DNA of 61,727 nucleotides, filler included, from Bonamia ostreae (Eukaryota): NCBI GenBank assembly GCA_040357525.1. It is 14 parts of 14 records of this genome, joined end to end, with 100 filler letters (N's around TTAATTAATTAA, not from the genome) between each part and the next. Parts side by side here need not be neighbours in the genome. Positions count along the whole stretch, not along the records: positions 57,453 to 61,727 come from JBDODL010000335.1; 13 more parts are not named here. One strand, 5' to 3'. Shown piece by piece: positions 58,952 to 61,727 of this stretch (position 1 is its first letter; each line of letters starts with the position of its first letter). The notes under the pieces were generated by a model. It saw only the letters and a program-made list of their open reading frames with translations, ran no database searches and was not told where the DNA came from. The position numbers and the translations under genes were made by a program.

Positions 58952-60968
58952 ATGAATGGAAATATTGGAGTGTCACACCAAATCACCGACTTTGAAGAAA
59001 CGCCACGTTTCTGCAAATTAGATTTTAAGGCATTTTAACGTTGGAAGATGAGCTTATCGTCGGAAAGGACGGAAAATTAAACGAAAAAGACGACACGCTC
59101 CATAGCGCCGAACTGCGAGAAGAAGAAATCGCCAAGCGCAATATTCGCCGTCGAGCACGATTGCCGGACGCAGAAGATCGCTTCGGAGATAGCCTTCTTC
59201 CGGGATCTTCTAGCATACTGCCCCAATACAACGAACCCGAAACCGATCTCGCAAAATCCAATTTCAGCTTAAACCACCCAAATTTTAGAAATCAAAACGA
59301 GCTTAAATCTTCTAATAAAAATGACGAAGCAAAATCCGCTATTTTGAAAGATTTGAAGCAAAACAGAAAATTGTCTTCGGATTATTTTAGCCGCGACGAG
59401 TTCACCATTAACAAACAGAGGAAGCTTAAAAAAAGCAGGAAAAGCCGAATTAACGATAAAACCGAAAAACCAGAAATAGTCGCAAATCTGAAAATCGTGA
59501 GCAGAGGCTCAAGACGGAGAAAATCGTCAATAATTTTAAAGAACAAAAAAAGGGAAAACGGCGAAAACGAAAAAAATACAGAAACAGAGAAAGTTCTGAA
59601 AATGGACGACAAAAAATTTTTGTTGGAAAAAGAGAGAGAAAGACAGTTTGTACAAAACAAAGAGGCGAAAGCAGCCGAAAAAGCTGTTTTGGATAAAGTT
59701 CGCGATAATGAAGTTGATGACGAGGACGAGGACGATTTGTATAAAATAATGGCGGATCAGAGAAACGCACTGTTTATGAACGCCGCAGGTCTTCAAAACG
59801 CATTTGAAAATAAAATTCGATATGGCAAAAAAGCAAAATTTTGATATTAAAAACTAAAATTTCAATGTCCAAAAAGCAAAATTTTGATATTAAAAATTAA
59901 AATTTCAATGTCCAAAAAGCAAAATTTTGATATTAAAAACAATAATTTCAATGTTCAAAAAGCAAAATTTTGATATTAAAAACTAAAATTTCAATGTCCA
60001 AAAAGCAAAATTTTGATATTAAAAACTAAAATTTCAATGTTCAAAAAGCAAAATTTTGACATTAAAAACAAAAATTTCAATGTCCAAAAAGCAAAATTTT
60101 GATATTTAGAAAATTTTTTATTAAAAAAGAAATAAGCGATAAAATACGAAAATCGATTGATACTCAAAACAGGAAAAAATTTCTAGAAGAAAATATCAAA
60201 AACGGATACAACGAGACAGAGGACTTTCTACAAAGCATCGAAATCAAAAGAAACGACAAATTCAACGCAGACGACTTTATCAAACCGGAAAACACAAATT
60301 TCGACAAATCCTATTTGACAGAAAACAACAAAAATCGCTCTACAAAAAACAAAAAGTCGAATCAAAACGACACCGAACAAGATAAAATCGAAAAAAATGA
60401 AACGAACGAAGAAACATTAAAATATGAACCAGTTTTAGATAAAATTGTCGGTAGCGAACCGTTGGCTTCGTCAAGTGTTTCGGACGCACTCAAATTGTTC
60501 AAAATGAGAGGATTTTTGTCCGGGAAAGACAAACATGATTTCATCGGTCGTCAAAACGACGAAAAACCGAGTTTCTTTAAAGAAAATGAGCTGAACAAAT
60601 CGAATATAAATTTGGAATATTTGGATCCAAAAACAGGACGTCGGTTAACCAGAAAACAAGCTTTTCGGAATTTAAGTCACATTTTTCACGGGCGGAATCC
60701 CGGAGACATCAAAAAGGTTTAAATTTTAAAAGGCAATTTTTCTAATTTGAAATTTTAACCAAATTTTTTTAATTGATAGTCAAAACTGAAACGGGACATG
60801 AAAAACTTTAGAGATCGTCACGCAAAGAACTCGACTGAAACGCCTACCGGACTGGTATCGAAAACCAAAAAATCGGCGAAAAGACTAAATCGCCCGTTTG
60901 TGACTCTTGACAATAACAAAAACGCAGCTTTTGTCAAATTGGACAAAACTGGAAAATTTGCTAAATAG
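58952..60968 (+). CDS. SART1: Tri-snRNP protein SART1/Snu66
   Basis: GVSH..DF...ILTLED, SILPQYNE, SSDYFS.DE, LEYLD..GRRLTRKQAFR.LSH.FHG; start may lie further upstream. Confidence 0.9.
59826..60108. repeat. Intronic tandem repeat, 43-nt unit x about 6.5
   Basis: caaaaagcaaaattttgatattaaaaactaaaatttcaatgtc. Confidence 0.95.
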
Positions 60969-60989
60969 TTTGGAAGTCCATCTTTAATT

Positions 60990-61150
60990 TTTTTTGTTTA
61001 TTTTATAAAATTGCAATTTTTTGCGATTTTTGTTAATTTTTTTGCGATTATTTTTATTTGTTTAATTTATAAAATTGCAATTTTTTGCGATTTTTGTTAA
61101 TTTTTTTGCGATTATTGTTATTTGTTTATTTTATAAAATTGCAATGTTTT
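60990..61150. repeat. Tandem duplication, about 66 nt x2
   Basis: tataaaattgcaattttttgcgatttttgttaatttttttgcgatta seen twice. Confidence 0.8.
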
Positions 61151-61727
61151 TATATATGCTTTTATTGTTCTATGATTTCTTGAAATGGCGATCGTGCTGT
61201 GGTTGCTTGATAATAATTGTCTTTTATTTTACAGAAATTGACTTCTTTTTCATAAATTGTCTCTTTTTTTGTTTTTTGCATAATCAAGTTAAATTTGTCT
61301 GACTGCAATTCATAAAGAGAATTTTGTTAACCCGACGAACTCCTTAATCCACACGCAAAATATAGAAAATTAGTGGAGATTATTTTTAAAATTTGTTAAA
61401 ATTTAAACTATTACAAACAGACCTACGCCACGGCTAATCTTAAGTTAATTGGAATTCCAATTAAAGAAATATTATCGAATTTTTTTGAAGGAAAAAGTGA
61501 CATTTTATAAACAAAAATTTAAATATTAATTAAAACTTAGACACCAAATCAAAATTAAATATTACTCAAAAAAACAACTAACACAATTTAAAACAAAAAA
61601 AGCAAAAAACAACAAAAGTTACTAAACAATCAACAATCAAAAAATGAAACGCAATGCACCATTCTAAGAGTACTAAATAATAAATATTCACATATAATGA
61701 ACAGACAGAAAATAAACTTCAAAAGAA

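Noticed and set aside
59826-60108. CRISPR-like array (also 17807 and 51795)
   Set aside because: Head-to-tail units without unique spacers in eukaryotic introns
1-61727. Alternative genetic code, frameshifting or widespread pseudogenes
   Set aside because: The frame breaks I examined in conserved genes are explained by short introns, and genes end in TAA, TAG and TGA

Overview
AT-rich, gene-dense eukaryotic (protist) nuclear DNA in the standard genetic code. The window is not contiguous. It is 14 contigs of about 4.3 kb, in decreasing size order, joined by N-TTAATTAATTAA-N linkers, so adjacency across linkers means nothing. By hand splicing I recover about 47 protein genes, mostly housekeeping: splicing factors, ribosome and tRNA biogenesis, mitochondrial proteins, cytoskeleton and replication. 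Several (RPB10, a 77-aa secreted peptide, a 73-aa orphan) are missing from the ORF track because they are split by tiny introns. The dominant unusual feature is the splicing system. Most introns are 19-29 nt, donors are mostly GTT(T) and never GTRAG, acceptors are often A-rich AAG with no pyrimidine tract, and the genome still encodes RED and a U11/U12-65K (RNPC3)-like protein. The few long introns carry tandem repeats or structured elements, including a tRNA-derived A-box/B-box element with direct repeats and a two-hairpin RNA candidate. The compact architecture suggests a parasite, for example an ascetosporean rhizarian, but that assignment is inference only.
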